A stretch of 28,664 bases of DNA from Candidatus Pelearchaeum maunauluense (GTDB lineage Archaea; Thermoproteota; Nitrososphaeria_A; Caldarchaeales; Caldarchaeaceae), in assembly GCA_030059675.1 (NCBI GenBank), contig JANVYQ010000014.1, positions 1 to 28,664 on the forward strand, written 5' to 3'. Below are positions 27,687 through 28,664 of this stretch, one piece after another (position 1 is the stretch's first letter; each line of letters begins with the position of its first letter). Made by a program: the position numbers and the translations under genes. Below the pieces are notes generated by a model. The model saw nothing but the letters and a program-made list of their open reading frames with translations. It ran no database searches and had not been told where the DNA came from.

Positions 27687-27746
27687 AAATGCTTTAAAGA
27701 CTCGATTAGTGGGCGGCTGTCGCAGCGACTTATAGGTGCGTCAGCC

Positions 27747-28664
27747 GTGTCATTTCTCCACTTCACAGTTACGGTGATTTTCTTCGCCATCTCTTCAATA
27801 CTTCCACTATATACGCTGGCATATTTTCACTTAATATTCTCAGCCCGCAAATATCGTAAATCATCTACGAAGAGCTTAGATGATTATCCAGTCGTTACCG
27901 TGCAGTTGCCGATCTATAATGAGCGTTATGTGGTAGGGCGTCTTTTGGAGTCGGTATGTATGCTTGACTATCCGAGGGATAAGCTTCAGATAATCGTTGT
28001 TGATGATTCCGACGATGAGACCGCTGAGATATGTGGAAAGCTGGTTGAGCATTATAGGAGTTTGGGATATTGGATAATGCATCTACGGCGGGGGTCGCGG
28101 GCTGGCTATAAGGCTGGCGCTTTACAGGAAGCATTAAAGCATTCGCGCGGGGAGTTCATAGCCATATTTGACGCTGACTTCGCTCCACCGCGCGATTTTC
28201 TAAAGAAAGCCCTCCAACACTTCACCAGTGATGACATAGGATTAGTACAGGCACGTTGGGGGCATCTCAACAGAGACTACTCTGCATTAACAGCTGCTCA
28301 GGCCCTGAGCTTAGACCTCCACTTTAAGATAGAACAGGCTGGAAGGAATGCTTCTGGCCTTTTCATCAATTTTAACGGCACGGCTGGCGTTTGGCGAAAA
28401 AAGTGTATTGAAGATTCTGGGGGCTGGCTTCCTTCGTTGGCTGAGGACCTGGATTTGAGCTATCGCGCTCAGCTGCGGGGCTGGCGGTTAGTGTATATTG
28501 ATGACCTTGAAGCGCCTGCTGAGCTGCCTGTTCAGATGAACGCGTCGCGGCGACAGCAGTATAGATGGGCTTTCGGCTCGTTCCAGACAGCCCTCAGATA
28601 CGTACCAGAAATACTAGCTGCGAAGATAAGCGCGCTTACAAAGATTCACGCAGTAATACATTTA
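27747..28664 (+). CDS. Processive GT2 glycosyltransferase (cellulose-synthase-like), cut by window edge
   Basis: GTG start after AGGTG; N-terminal TM helix, VTVQLPIYNE, VVDDSDD, GYKAGAL, IFDADF, FNGTAGVWR, LAEDLDLS, QQYRW (D,D,D,QxxRW). Confidence 0.9.
   Translation, partial: MSFLHFTVTVIFFAISSILPLYTLAYFHLIFSARKYRKSSTKSLDDYPVVTVQLPIYNERYVVGRLLESVCMLDYPRDKLQIIVVDDSDDETAEICGKLVEHYRSLGYWIMHLRRGSRAGYKAGALQEALKHSRGEFIAIFDADFAPPRDFLKKALQHFTSDDIGLVQARWGHLNRDYSALTAAQALSLDLHFKIEQAGRNASGLFINFNGTAGVWRKKCIEDSGGWLPSLAEDLDLSYRAQLRGWRLVYIDDLEAPAELPVQMNASRRQQYRWAFGSFQTALRYVPEILAAKISALTKIHAVIHL

Noticed and set aside
62-28134. Many short ORFs antisense to or nested in recognised genes (e.g. 126-500, 2899-3303, 10053-10610, 13450-13938, 26052-26462, 27876-28082)
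   Set aside because: They overlap well-supported genes and show no family motifs; typical shadow ORFs.

Overview
Archaeal chromosomal window, most likely from a TACK-group archaeon. This rests on rpl13e, an archaeal FEN1, archaeal-type Opp proteins and TATA boxes about 25 bp before start codons. No rRNA, tRNA, transposase or cas gene was seen. Housekeeping genes are rpl13e, fen, tsaA/trmO and tatA. Catabolic genes include a RidA C-terminus, an M20 deacylase, two LLM oxidoreductases, a lone xanthine-dehydrogenase-family Mo subunit, a GctAB-type CoA-transferase, a lone 2-oxoacid dehydrogenase E1-alpha, Liv-type ATPases, a hydantoinase/oxoprolinase A fragment, an Xsc-like ThDP enzyme, a SAF-domain oxidoreductase and a radical SAM enzyme. 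The window also holds a complete peptide ABC transporter and the 5' part of a processive GT2. The 8.0-18.7 kb stretch is damaged: three frameshifted genes plus a head-to-head junction of two 5'-truncated genes at about 12,100. The main leads are the Xsc-like enzyme (possible archaeal organosulfonate C-S cleavage), an exact 28-bp direct repeat with a 36-bp spacer at 27,595-27,686, the 12.1 kb breakpoint, exact identity tracts between paralogous ABC ATPases, and two 57-aa genes missed by the ORF track. All family calls come from motif recognition; no database searches were run.
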